From Gemmatimonadota bacterium (GTDB taxonomy: Bacteria; Gemmatimonadota; Gemmatimonadetes; JACCXV01; JAHWKZ01), in NCBI GenBank assembly GCA_035513155.1, contig DATKCO010000021.1, forward strand, positions 3,559 to 67,558: a stretch of DNA of 64,000 nt, in the 5' to 3' direction. A program made the position numbers and the translations under genes. Shown here piece by piece: positions 1-8,985 of the stretch (position 1 is the first letter of the stretch; each line of letters begins with the position of its first letter). Below the pieces are notes generated by a model. It had not been told where the DNA came from, made no database searches, and worked only from the letters and a program-made list of their open reading frames with translations.

Positions 1-2361
1 CGCCTGCGCCATCCGCATTCCGAGCTCCATCCCCGCGGGACGGCCCCCGATCGCCTCCACCATCGTCCCCAGCGCCCGCTCGAGCCCCCCCGTCACGACC
101 CGCTGGCGCGCGAGCCGCGCCGCCCGCTCGCCGGGGTCGTCGAGCCGCCCCTCGCGCTCGGCCAGCTCGCGCTGCCGCCCGGCCAGGAAGAGGGACTCCG
201 CCCCCGCCCGGTCGAGCGCCGCCCCGTGGGAACGCGTCTGCCCGCCCCCGGACTCCTCGCCGCGCGTCTGCCCGGCCGCCTCGCTCATCTCGGCGGCCGC
301 GTCCCGCTGCGCCGCGGCCGCCTCCGCGGGGTCGCCGGCCTCGATCTCGCCCGCCACCCGCTCCAGCGCGTCCTCGATTCCCGCCCGGGCGGACTCGGAC
401 AACCGCTCGGCCATCTCCCGGGCGGCGTCGGACAGCGCGGCCTGCCGCTCCGCCACCCTGCTCTCCAGCTCCTCGGACCGGGTTCCCGCCGTCTCGTCGG
501 CCAGCGCCGACTGGGCGTCGGCCAGGCTCTCGAGCGAGTCGGCGGCCAGCACCCGCTCGAGCGACCGCTCGATCCGCGCCAGCCGCTCCGCGATCGCCTC
601 GAGGACCGCGGCCCGTGCCTCCGCCGAGTCGGCAGGGTCGGAGGGCCGGCCCCGAGGCGGGTCCAGCTCGGCCGTCGCGACGCCCTCGAGCTGTCGCCGG
701 TATCCCTCCAGCTGCGCCGCGAGGTCGGGATCGAGACCGGGATCGGCCAGCGTCCGGTCGAGGGCCCGGGCCAGCGAGTCGGCGGCCGAGGCGAGGCGGC
801 GGTCCAGCTCCGCCGCCGCCTCCGACGCCTCTGGCCGGCCGGGCGCCTCACGCTCTTCGGAGGCCCGCCGGGCGGCCTCGAGCGCGGAGCGCATCTCCTC
901 CCCCGCCGCCGCCCGCTCCTCCGCCGCGGCCGCCCTCAGCGCGGCCTCGCTCGCGAGCACGACGGAGCGCCAGGGAGTCGCGACGGCCGCGCCGCTCGTG
1001 GGCCGCGCGACGACCCGGTAGCGAACCGTCTCGCCCGGCATCCGGCCGGCCGCCAGCGGCACCGGCGCGCTCACGATCGTGTCCCGGGCGCCCCCCACCG
1101 CCGCCAGGCGTCCCCCGCGCCCGTCCCCGGTCTCCCAGGACAGGGACGCGAGGCCTTCCGGAGCCCCCGCCCTCGCCTCGAGCCAGATCGCTTCCGCCGC
1201 CAGGCGGGCCGGATCGTCGACCGGGCGCAGGATCTCGACGAATGCGGCTCCCGGCACGGCCACCGCGAACGTCGGACCCTCGAGGACCTGCCCACCGCTC
1301 CCCCGGGCCAGGAGCCGGGCCGGTCCCGGCGCGAGATCGCTCACCGGGCCGCGGAACGAGCCCCCCGCGACCGCCAGCGGGACCTCGCGGCCGGCCGCGT
1401 CGATCACGCTCGCCGCCGCCAGCGGGCCGCTCGCCTCCCCCCGGATCTCGAGCCCCTCCCCCGCAGTCGTCGTGCGCCCGGCGAGGGGCTGCCAGGCCTC
1501 GCCGCCCGCACGGGCCTCGGCCCGCACCAGCGCCAGGGGCGGACGCACGGCGAGCGCGTACTCCGGGCTCGCCGCCGTCCCGTAGCGGAGACGGTAGCGC
1601 CGCTCGACGACCAGGTCCGGCCACCTCCATGTCCCCTCCCGCGCGGTGCCCAGCGTGTCGGCTTGCCACCCCCGGGAGCCCTCCCGCCACTCGAGCACGA
1701 GCGGGCCTTCCGCGACCGGGCCGGTGTAGGCGACCGCTCCGTCCACGTCCGCACCGTATTCGATCTCGATCTCGCCGGGGACCACCCGCCACAAGCCCGC
1801 GTCCTCCCGCCAGAGGGTGGTCGGATCGAGCACCGCGCGGACGACGCGGCGCGCGGCGGCCGGCTCGGCGAGACCGGCGAGGAGGGCGAGCGTGGCCAGG
1901 ACGAGCGCGCTCCTCCGGGCCAGCCCCAGCCGGTGGAGCGCGAGGTCGGAGAGGGCGCGGTCGAGCCGGTCGGCGCCGCGCCGCGCGAGCCACGCCCGCC
2001 CGCCGCTGACCCGCGCGCCCGGCAGGCCCCCATCCGCCCGCTCGAGAGACGCGACGACGCGGCCGCGGGCCTGGGGAAAGAGCCGCTCCAGCCGTGCGGC
2101 CACCGCGCGCGCTCCCGGAGCGGGTGCGGGCCAGCGCCGCCAGGCCCACGCGAGGCCTCCCCCCGCCAGCAGGGCCGCGGTCGCGTACCCCGCGGCGCGG
2201 GCGAGACCGGCGCCCGGCATGAGCGATTCCCACACGAGGACCCCAAACGCGAACGCCGCGCAGATCGCCGCCACCGTCCAGAGCATCCCGAGACGGCGGC
2301 GTCGCCTCTCCGCGGCGCCCAGCGTCCGAAGCTCCCGCTCCGGATCCAAACGGGTCGTCAT
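1..2361 (-). CDS. Large membrane-anchored hypothetical protein, at least 787 aa in the window. Its 3' end lies beyond the window start, and it is not in the ORF track because it has no stop codon within the window. The N-terminus has one to two TM helices (MLWTVAAICAAFAFGVLVW and AGYATAALLAGGGLAW). A beta-rich central region follows, then a long Ala/Glu/Arg/Leu-rich helical, coiled-coil-like C-terminal half. It may be DUF4175-like; that is an inference.
   Basis: I translated the minus frame that shares codon boundaries with plus ORF 226..2373. That plus frame contains no TTA/CTA/TCA codons from position 1 to 2373, so the minus frame is open over the whole span. The ATG is at 2359..2361 and shares one nucleotide with the upstream OMP stop (TGATG). 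The N-terminus reads MTTRLDPERELRTLGAAERRRRRLGMLWTVAAICAAFAFGVLVWESLMPGAG. The plus-frame product is Leu/Arg/Pro-rich with third codon positions mostly C, the in-phase antisense signature of a high-GC gene. Confidence 0.75.
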   Translation of the reverse strand, partial: MTTRLDPERELRTLGAAERRRRRLGMLWTVAAICAAFAFGVLVWESLMPGAGLARAAGYATAALLAGGGLAWAWRRWPAPAPGARAVAARLERLFPQARGRVVASLERADGGLPGARVSGGRAWLARRGADRLDRALSDLALHRLGLARRSALVLATLALLAGLAEPAAARRVVRAVLDPTTLWREDAGLWRVVPGEIEIEYGADVDGAVAYTGPVAEGPLVLEWREGSRGWQADTLGTAREGTWRWPDLVVERRYRLRYGTAASPEYALAVRPPLALVRAEARAGGEAWQPLAGRTTTAGEGLEIRGEASGPLAAASVIDAAGREVPLAVAGGSFRGPVSDLAPGPARLLARGSGGQVLEGPTFAVAVPGAAFVEILRPVDDPARLAAEAIWLEARAGAPEGLASLSWETGDGRGGRLAAVGGARDTIVSAPVPLAAGRMPGETVRYRVVARPTSGAAVATPWRSVVLASEAALRAAAAEERAAAGEEMRSALEAARRASEEREAPGRPEASEAAAELDRRLASAADSLARALDRTLADPGLDPDLAAQLEGYRRQLEGVATAELDPPRGRPSDPADSAEARAAVLEAIAERLARIERSLERVLAADSLESLADAQSALADETAGTRSEELESRVAERQAALSDAAREMAERLSESARAGIEDALERVAGEIEAGDPAEAAAAQRDAAAEMSEAAGQTRGEESGGGQTRSHGAALDRAGAESLFLAGRQRELAEREGRLDDPGERAARLARQRVVTGGLERALGTMVEAIGGRPAGMELGMRMAQA

Positions 2362-3515
2362 CAGGGTCGGTAGTTCATTCCTACCGCATAGATGTTCTTG
2401 GTGTAGAAATCGTTCAGAGTGATCGACTCGTTGCGATAGCGGCCGTAGCGGAGCTCGAGCGAGTAGTCGGGAGTCACGTCCTTGACGAGGCGGAGCAGCA
2501 GCACGTTGTTCTCGGTCTCCCCCGTATCGAGCGAGCCGGCCTGCGTGCTCGGGACGGGCTCGTTGAAGTCCCGCAGCTCGACCTGACCGTAGAGCTGGAC
2601 GAGCATCCCCCACGGGAGGCGCCGCAGCAGCTGCATCCCCAGGTTGTGGCTCACGTAGCTGAAGCCGAACGAGTTCGACTGGTTGAGACGGAAGCTGTAC
2701 TCCCCCTGCACCGAGACCGGGCCGAGCCAGGTCACGACCGTTCCCAACTCGTGCAGGTGGTCCTCCTGCCGGTCGCGCGTGATGCCGCGGATGATCGCGG
2801 TCGGGTCGTCGCCCGCCTCCAGCTTTCCGCGACCCGGATAGCGGATCCGATCGTAGGAGTAATCCCACGTCGCGGTCAGGTCGGTCCCGAACTCCTTGGT
2901 GATCGACGCGTACGCCCCGACCAGATGATTGCCGAAGTGGGCGTTGAGGTTCTCGAAGTCGGTGTCCGAGTAGCGCGCCCCGACCTCGATCCGCGCGACC
3001 TCGTCCTCACCCACCGGCTGCAGGTTCATCAGCCCGCTCACCGACCCGTTCATGCGGGTGAAGCCGTCCTCGTTGATGAAGAAGAAGCCGTCCATCCAGG
3101 CCCGGTTCTTCAACCCCACCGCCGCGCCCATCGCGAACCGGTCCGACAGTCGGCGCTGATAGCCCAGGGTGCCCTCGTTGACGAACTGGCTCGTGACGTC
3201 CGGCTCGTTGAAGCCGAAGTGGCGCTTGAGACCCCCCTGGTACGAGAGCGACACCCGCTGCTCCCCGGACGCGCCCCAGCGCAGGTCCCCGCGGTACGCC
3301 AAGCGTGCCACCTGGGCACGGACCGGATCGCTGATCCGGTCGGCCACGTTGTCGTCGATCTCGTACGTCAGGCGCACGTCGTGGTGATACGCCCAGGGCG
3401 ATCGCTCGAGAGTCTGACCGCGCAGGCCCGACGCGAGACAGGCGGTCAGGATGGCCAGCAGGATCAGCCCGCCGTGAGCCGGCCGTACCGACCGGACATA
3501 GCCTGGGGTTTCCAT
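2361..3515 (-). CDS. Outer-membrane beta-barrel protein, family not recognised, with signal peptide METPGYVRSVRPAHGGLILLAILTACLASG.
   Basis: The ORF track lists 2361..3536. The internal Met (METPG...) is preferred because a GGGAGG ribosome-binding site lies about 9 nt upstream. The sequence has the alternating amphipathic beta-strand pattern and is rich in Y/F/W/G/N/D/S/T. It ends NIYAVGMNYRP. Confidence 0.6.
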   Translation of the reverse strand: METPGYVRSVRPAHGGLILLAILTACLASGLRGQTLERSPWAYHHDVRLTYEIDDNVADRISDPVRAQVARLAYRGDLRWGASGEQRVSLSYQGGLKRHFGFNEPDVTSQFVNEGTLGYQRRLSDRFAMGAAVGLKNRAWMDGFFFINEDGFTRMNGSVSGLMNLQPVGEDEVARIEVGARYSDTDFENLNAHFGNHLVGAYASITKEFGTDLTATWDYSYDRIRYPGRGKLEAGDDPTAIIRGITRDRQEDHLHELGTVVTWLGPVSVQGEYSFRLNQSNSFGFSYVSHNLGMQLLRRLPWGMLVQLYGQVELRDFNEPVPSTQAGSLDTGETENNVLLLRLVKDVTPDYSLELRYGRYRNESITLNDFYTKNIYAVGMNYRP

Positions 3516-3540
3516 CGGATCGTTCCTCCCGCGCATGACG

Positions 3541-4440
3541 TTAATGATAAAACTCCCTCAGCCGCCCCGCGAACACCTCGGCCTTCCTCGAGTACTCGAG
3601 GCGCCGGTCTCGCAGATCGATCAGGCGTCGCTGGAGATCGCGGACCCTCTCGTCCGGGTCGTTGAACACCGCGACCCCCCGGCCCCCGGGGGTGTTGCTC
3701 TCCAGGATGGCGTCGAACACGCTCTCGGCCTGGATGCTCTGCTGGTCTCCCCACAGCGCGATGTCGTCCTTCAGGCGCTTGAACTCCTCCTGGTCCCGCT
3801 GTTTGCGGTTCAGCGCCTCGATCTGCTCCCGGATCACCGCGATCCGCGCGTCGATCTTGTCGACCGCGTCGCGGGCGATCGCCTCCTTGACCCGCAGCTG
3901 GCTGGGGCCGTCGGTCGGATCCAGCACCAGGTCGGGCAGGAACAGGTCGTCCTGCGCCTCTTCGATCTGGGGCACGAGCGCCTCCCGCGCCGCGACGTAC
4001 TGCCGCAGGGTCTCGGTCAGCCGGTTGAGCTCCCCCGTGTTCCCGGTTGTCTTCGGCAGCCGCTCGATCCGCTGGTTCGTCTCCGCGATCGCCTGGTTGT
4101 AGGCGTTGAACAGCTGGGTCTTCAGGTCCCGCATCTGCTCGTACAGGGTGCGCAGATCGCGCGCCACCCGGATCAGCTGGTCGCCCGTCTCGCGGATCCG
4201 GTTCGAGACGCTCTCGAACTGGGCGCTGCCGGCCGCCGTGCGGCGCTTGGCCTGGGAAAGGGAGTCGCCGCGGGCCTCGAGCGCCCGCTGGCGCGCCTCC
4301 AGGCGCGCGATCTCCGGCTCGCGCTGCGCGACGAGGCGGCGCAGCTCGACGATCCCGGGGCCCTGCGCGGCCGACTCGCCCGCGCCCGCCAGCAGCGCCA
4401 GCGCCACGCCCAGGAACAGGAGGCCGTGACGCCTAGCCAC
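3541..4440 (-). CDS. Secreted all-helical coiled-coil protein, 299 aa, with signal peptide MARRHGLLFLGVALALLAGAGESAAQ. Function unknown; it may be a periplasmic adaptor or stress-type protein.
   Basis: The ORF track protein shows heptad-like Leu/Arg/Glu/Gln periodicity throughout. Its stop lies 4 nt from the OMP ATG, and its start overlaps the stop of the response regulator by 8 nt. Confidence 0.6.
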   Translation of the reverse strand: MARRHGLLFLGVALALLAGAGESAAQGPGIVELRRLVAQREPEIARLEARQRALEARGDSLSQAKRRTAAGSAQFESVSNRIRETGDQLIRVARDLRTLYEQMRDLKTQLFNAYNQAIAETNQRIERLPKTTGNTGELNRLTETLRQYVAAREALVPQIEEAQDDLFLPDLVLDPTDGPSQLRVKEAIARDAVDKIDARIAVIREQIEALNRKQRDQEEFKRLKDDIALWGDQQSIQAESVFDAILESNTPGGRGVAVFNDPDERVRDLQRRLIDLRDRRLEYSRKAEVFAGRLREFYH

Positions 4441-5848
4441 CGCTCAGGCCGTACTTCTCGAGCTTGTAGTAGAGCGCGCTCGTCTTGATGCCCAGGAGCT
4501 CGGCGGTCTTCGTCTTGACGCCGCCGGCCTTCTCGAGCGCGTCCTCGATCATCGCGCGCTCGATGTGCTCGAGCGCGTTGTCGAGCGTGATCGCCCCCGC
4601 CGGCGGCACGCTCAGCGTGGCTACCGAGTTCGCCCGAGGGGTGCGTCGCTCGTCTATGGGGAACAGATGGGCCTCCAGCCGATCGGACTCGCACAGCACG
4701 ATGGCCCGCTCGATCATGTTCTCGAGCTCGCGGATGTTCCCGGGCCAGTCGTAGCGCATGAGCAGCTCCATCGCCTCGTCGGACACGCCAGCGACGGGCT
4801 TGGCCATCTCCGCGCCGATGGCGCCGATGAAGTGAGTGACCAGCGGCAGGATGTCTTCCTTGCGATCGCGCAGGGGAGGCACTTCGATGGGGATGATGTG
4901 CAACCGGTAGAACAGGTCCTCGCGGAACGCTCCCCGCTCGACCAGCGGCGTGAGATCCCGGTTCGTCGCGCTGATGATCCGCACGTCGACCGTGATCGTG
5001 CGCTCGCCACCGACCCTTTCGATCTCCTTCTCCTGGAGGACCCGCAGCAGCTTGACCTGGGTGGAGAGCGGGATGTCGGAGATCTCGTCCAGGAACAGCG
5101 TGCCCCTGTGCGCCAGCTCGAAGCGGCCCTTCCGCTCCCGGATCGCCCCCGTGAAGGCCCCCTTCTCGTGGCCGAACAGCTCGGACTCCAGCAGGCCCTC
5201 GGCCAGCGCCGAGCAGTTGACCTTGATGAACGGGGCGTCGCGCCGCGCACTCTCGCGATGGATGGCGCGCGCGATGAGCTCCTTCCCGGTCCCGCTCTCC
5301 CCGTAGACATAGACCGCCGAGGTGGCCTCGGCGACCTTGCGGATCGAATCGTAGATGTCGCGCATCGCGCCCGACCGGCCGACGATCTCGCCGAAGTGGT
5401 GCTCGACCTCCTCCCGGAGGTACTCCGCCTCCGCCTTGAACGCGTCGCGCTCCCGCTTGAGGTCGCGGGTGGCGAGCGCCTTGTCGACCTTGACCTTGAA
5501 CTCGCTCGGATCGAACGGCTTCGTGATGAAGTCCACCGCCCCCAGCTTCATGGCGTCGACCGCGATGTCGATCGTGCCGTAGGCGGTGATCAGCATCACC
5601 TCCGGATCTCCGGGAACCGGCTCGTCGCGGATCGCCTCCAGCAGCTGGAGGCCGTTCATGCCCTCCATCTTGAAGTCGGTGATGACCAGGTCCAGGGGCT
5701 CCTCGCGGCACTTCCGCAGGGCCGCGTCTCCGTCCTGGACGGCCTCCACCTCGTGTCCCGCGCGCTTCAGGACCTGCTCGATCCCCTCCCGCACCGTGGG
5801 GTTGTCCTCGACGACCAGGATGCGCGCCTTCCGTGTCGGCTCGCTCAT
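4433..5848 (-). CDS. Sigma54-dependent response regulator of the NtrC family, with REC, AAA+ sigma54-interaction and Fis-type HTH domains.
   Basis: It carries the receiver motifs (ILVVEDN...DLVITDFKMEG), Walker A GESGTGKE, the GAFTGA motif (EKGAFTGA), the arginine finger region, and the C-terminal HTH TKTAELLGIKTSALYYKLEKYGL. Confidence 0.93.
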   Translation of the reverse strand: MSEPTRKARILVVEDNPTVREGIEQVLKRAGHEVEAVQDGDAALRKCREEPLDLVITDFKMEGMNGLQLLEAIRDEPVPGDPEVMLITAYGTIDIAVDAMKLGAVDFITKPFDPSEFKVKVDKALATRDLKRERDAFKAEAEYLREEVEHHFGEIVGRSGAMRDIYDSIRKVAEATSAVYVYGESGTGKELIARAIHRESARRDAPFIKVNCSALAEGLLESELFGHEKGAFTGAIRERKGRFELAHRGTLFLDEISDIPLSTQVKLLRVLQEKEIERVGGERTITVDVRIISATNRDLTPLVERGAFREDLFYRLHIIPIEVPPLRDRKEDILPLVTHFIGAIGAEMAKPVAGVSDEAMELLMRYDWPGNIRELENMIERAIVLCESDRLEAHLFPIDERRTPRANSVATLSVPPAGAITLDNALEHIERAMIEDALEKAGGVKTKTAELLGIKTSALYYKLEKYGLSGG

Positions 5849-7350
5849 CCGCTGCTCCCCGCCACCGCCGTCTCCGACGGCCGGTAGGCGCTCGCCCCGG
5901 CGCTCACGGTCGGCAGCACGATGAAGAACACCGTCTTCTCACCCGGGACGCTCTCCACCCAGATCTCTCCGTCGTTCTCCTCGATGATCGAGCGCACGAT
6001 CGACAACCCGAGCCCCGCCCCGCTCCCCTTGGTGGTAAAGAACGGATCGAAGATCTGCTTCAGGTGGTCGGGGTGGATCCCCGCGCCGAAGTCCTTCACC
6101 ACGATCCGCGCCTTGCCCTGCGCCTCCTGCGCGAGGATCTCGACCCGCCCACCGGGCGACGAGGCCTGGACGGCGTTCTTCACCAGGTTGAGCAGCGCCC
6201 GCTTCACCTGCTCGACATCCGCGTACACCGCCAGCTCGCGGTCGGCCATCTCGACTTCGACCTCGACCCCGCGCTCGGTCGTGTCGCCGGAGAGCAGGAA
6301 CAGCACGTCGTCCACCACCTCGCGCAGCATGAACGGCTCGACGATCGCCTGCCGCGGCCGCGCGTAGATCAGGAACTCGTTGATGATCGTCTTCAGATGC
6401 TGGACCTCGCGGATGATCTTCTCGAGGTGGGAGCGCCGGCCGTCGGCTTCTTCCAGCTCGTCCCGCAGCAGCCCGGCGAAGATCTCGATGCCCCCGAGGG
6501 GGTTTCGGATCTCGTGCGCCACGCCGGCCAGCATCGTCCGCAGGTGCCGGTCCCGCCGCACGATACCCCGGCGCATGTTCTCGAGCGCGTTGCCCAGATA
6601 GCCGATCTCGTCCCGCGACTCGACCGCCACCGGCTCTCCGAGGTCGCCGCGCTCCATCCGCTCGGCCGACGAAACCAGCTTCCCCAGGGGATCCGAGAGC
6701 GTGCGGGCGAACACGACCCCGACCAGCACGGTCAGCGCCACCGCGATCAGCGTCAGCACGATCGTCGTCCGCCGGAAGTCGTGGAACACCTCGAGGAAGC
6801 CCAGCGAGAGATCGACGCCGAGCAGCGCGACGATCGCCTCCTGCGTCTGCGCCTCGTCGACGTAGCCGACCAGCGGCACCATCGCCGACTGGTAGACGTT
6901 CCCTTGCTCGTCGCTGAAGGGGTCGGTGATGACCGCCTCGCCGCGGAACGCTCGCTCGATCTCGCGCGCGTAGTTCTCGAGCCCCGGCGACACCGCTCCG
7001 ACGTCCATGCCGACCGTGTCGGTCGTGGCCAGGATCCGGTACCCCCGGTCGAACACGTACGCCTCGCGCACGCCCAGCCGGCGCTGCATCGCCTGGAGGT
7101 GGCCCTCCGCCAGCATCTGGGTCCGCGGCCCCACCTGGTTGACCAGCGCGGTCGCGGTCAGCGGATCGATGACCAGCGCGCCCGCCTCCGCGACCGCCAG
7201 CAGCCGGTTCTCGGTCTCTTCGCGGACGTGGGCGGTCGCCACCCGGTACCACACCATCGCGCTGGCGACCACGAGCACGGTCACCAGCAGGATGAACGTG
7301 ACGATGAGCTTCGTGCGGATCCGGTTTCGACGCTCTGTCATGGGAGCCAT
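5845..7350 (-). CDS. Sensor histidine kinase. Two TM helices flank a periplasmic sensor domain of about 150 aa, followed by HAMP, HisKA and HATPase_c domains.
   Basis: It has the H-box AHEIRNPLGGI, the N-box LLNLVKNAVQAS and G-boxes DFGAGI and GSGAGLGLSIV. TM segments are LIVTFILLVTVLVVASAMVWY and TTIVLTLIAVALTVLVGVVFA. Its stop overlaps the start of the response regulator. Confidence 0.9.
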   Translation of the reverse strand: MAPMTERRNRIRTKLIVTFILLVTVLVVASAMVWYRVATAHVREETENRLLAVAEAGALVIDPLTATALVNQVGPRTQMLAEGHLQAMQRRLGVREAYVFDRGYRILATTDTVGMDVGAVSPGLENYAREIERAFRGEAVITDPFSDEQGNVYQSAMVPLVGYVDEAQTQEAIVALLGVDLSLGFLEVFHDFRRTTIVLTLIAVALTVLVGVVFARTLSDPLGKLVSSAERMERGDLGEPVAVESRDEIGYLGNALENMRRGIVRRDRHLRTMLAGVAHEIRNPLGGIEIFAGLLRDELEEADGRRSHLEKIIREVQHLKTIINEFLIYARPRQAIVEPFMLREVVDDVLFLLSGDTTERGVEVEVEMADRELAVYADVEQVKRALLNLVKNAVQASSPGGRVEILAQEAQGKARIVVKDFGAGIHPDHLKQIFDPFFTTKGSGAGLGLSIVRSIIEENDGEIWVESVPGEKTVFFIVLPTVSAGASAYRPSETAVAGSSG

Positions 7351-7420
7351 CTGCCTGTCCTAAGCTACGTTAGCCCGGATACCCCGTCAAAACACTCGAA
7401 GGTCGGGCGAATTCCGGGCC

Positions 7421-8125
7421 TCAGTGGGTCAGCGCGTAGACGAAGACATTCGCCCCCATCTCCAGCGCCGCCCGGCGAACGACCGGCGGATCGCCGTGCA
7501 CGGCGGCGTCCTCCCAGCCGTCCCCGAGATCGGTGTTGAAGGAGTAGAAGACGACCAGCCGTCCGTCGTGATACACCCCGTAGCCCCGCGGGGAGCCGCC
7601 GGCGTGCTCGTGCACCTTCGGCAGCCCGGTCGGCAGCGGGAAGGCGGCACGGTAGATCGGATGGTCCGCTGGCAGCTCGACGAGCGGCTCCTCGGGGAAC
7701 ACCCGGGCGATCTCGCGTCGCAGCGTGGAGTCGATGCCGAAGTTGTCGTCGGCGTGGAGGAACCCGCCGCCCACGAGATATCCCCGCAGCGACCGCACCT
7801 CGGCTTCGGTGAGGCGGATGTCGCCGTGGCCGGTGAGATACAGGAGCGGGTAGCGCCCCAGGGACGGGTCGGTGGCGGACACGACCGCTTCACGGTCGGC
7901 GGTCGACAGCTCGAGCTCCTCGCGGACGAAAGCCAGCAGGTTGGGAAGCGAGGTGGGGTTCGCGTACCAGTCGCCCGGCGCGTACCGGAGGCGGGCGATC
8001 GTGAGCGGGGAATCCGGCGGCGTCGACGCCCGGCCTCCCAGACCCTGCCCCTCGGCCGGCATGGCGAGGAGGACGACCGCCAGCGCGGCCCCGCCCAGCC
8101 GACCGCCGTTCCCGAGTCTCCTCAT
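7421..8125 (-). CDS. Secreted protein of the DUF4159 family.
   Basis: The start is taken at internal Met 66 (MRRLGNGGRLGGAALAVVLLAMPAEG), which has a signal peptide and forms an ATGA overlap with the rsmI stop at 8122. The upstream part of the ORF is an Arg/Pro-rich artefact. Motifs YAPGDWYANPTSLPNL and LYLTGHGDIRLTEAE are characteristic. Confidence 0.7.
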   Translation of the reverse strand: MRRLGNGGRLGGAALAVVLLAMPAEGQGLGGRASTPPDSPLTIARLRYAPGDWYANPTSLPNLLAFVREELELSTADREAVVSATDPSLGRYPLLYLTGHGDIRLTEAEVRSLRGYLVGGGFLHADDNFGIDSTLRREIARVFPEEPLVELPADHPIYRAAFPLPTGLPKVHEHAGGSPRGYGVYHDGRLVVFYSFNTDLGDGWEDAAVHGDPPVVRRAALEMGANVFVYALTH

Positions 8126-8985
8126 TCCCCGGTCTCCTGCTGGACGGCCCGGTAGATCGCGTTCCGCTCCCCGGGATAGACGCAGGCCAGCACGTCGGTC
8201 AGGCCGCGGGCGGAGAGCTCCTGGCCGGTGCGGTCGCGGCGCAGCTCGCGCAGGGCGTCGCGCCACGGAAGCGCCCGGCCGGCCCGCGTCTCGCCCGTCC
8301 CGGCGAGGACGATCACGCACTCCCCCCGCAAACGACCCTCGCGGCCCGCGAGTTCAGCGGCGACCGATCGCGCGGTCCCGGTGACGAATTCCTCGTGGAC
8401 CTTGGTGAGCTCCCGCGCGAGGGACACCGCCCGCTCCGGCGCCAGCCCGGCGATCGCCGCCAGCGTCGCCGGCACGCGCGTCGGGGCCTCGTACACGACC
8501 ACGGTCTCCGACCGTTCCAGCGCCTCCGACCACCATGTCTCCCGCCCGCGTCGCGGGGCGAAGCCGAGGAAGGCGAACCGGTCCGTCGGCAGGCCGGACG
8601 CCGCGAGCGCGAGAAGCAGGGCGCTCGGTCCCGGCACCGGAACCACCTCGATCCCGGCCTCCCGGGCCGCCACCACGAGCCGGTACCCCGGGTCCTGGAT
8701 CGCGGGCATGCCGGCCTCGGACACGAGCGCGACGTCCGCGCCCGCCGTGAGGCGCGCGATCAGCCGGGGCGCGACCGCCCCGGCGTTGTGATCGTGGTAG
8801 GCGACCAGCTCCGGCGGCTCCATTTCCATCCACCCATAGAGCGCCAGGCAGGTGCGGGTGTCCTCGCACGCCACGATCCCGATCCGTCCGAGGACCTCCC
8901 GCGCGCGCGGCGTGAGATCGGCCCGGTTCCCGATCGGGGTGCCCACGAGCCACAGCGACCCGCGCGCCGCTCGACCGGAGTTCAT
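8122..8985 (-). CDS. rsmI: 16S rRNA (cytidine1402-2'-O)-methyltransferase
   Basis: Motifs: LWLVGTPIGN, DLTPRAREVL, IVACEDTR, LVSEAGMP.IQDPGYRLV. This is the tetrapyrrole-methylase fold typical of RsmI. Confidence 0.9.
   Translation of the reverse strand: MNSGRAARGSLWLVGTPIGNRADLTPRAREVLGRIGIVACEDTRTCLALYGWMEMEPPELVAYHDHNAGAVAPRLIARLTAGADVALVSEAGMPAIQDPGYRLVVAAREAGIEVVPVPGPSALLLALAASGLPTDRFAFLGFAPRRGRETWWSEALERSETVVVYEAPTRVPATLAAIAGLAPERAVSLARELTKVHEEFVTGTARSVAAELAGREGRLRGECVIVLAGTGETRAGRALPWRDALRELRRDRTGQELSARGLTDVLACVYPGERNAIYRAVQQETGE

Noticed and set aside
226-2373. A 715-aa plus-strand ORF, along with overlapping ORFs 615..2009(+), 848..2233(-) and 1404..2246(-).
   Set aside because: The products are Arg/Pro/Gly/Leu-rich with no hydrophobic core or motifs. 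Their first codon positions are almost exclusively G/C. They are out-of-frame or antisense readings of the real minus-strand membrane-protein gene (1..2361).
7351-7420. Searched the 70-nt region upstream of the sensor kinase for a sigma54 -24/-12 element or a strong sigma70 promoter.
   Set aside because: There is no TGGCAC-N5-TTGC match. The only sigma70-like candidate is weak (TTGACG-17-TAGCTT). I made no promoter call.
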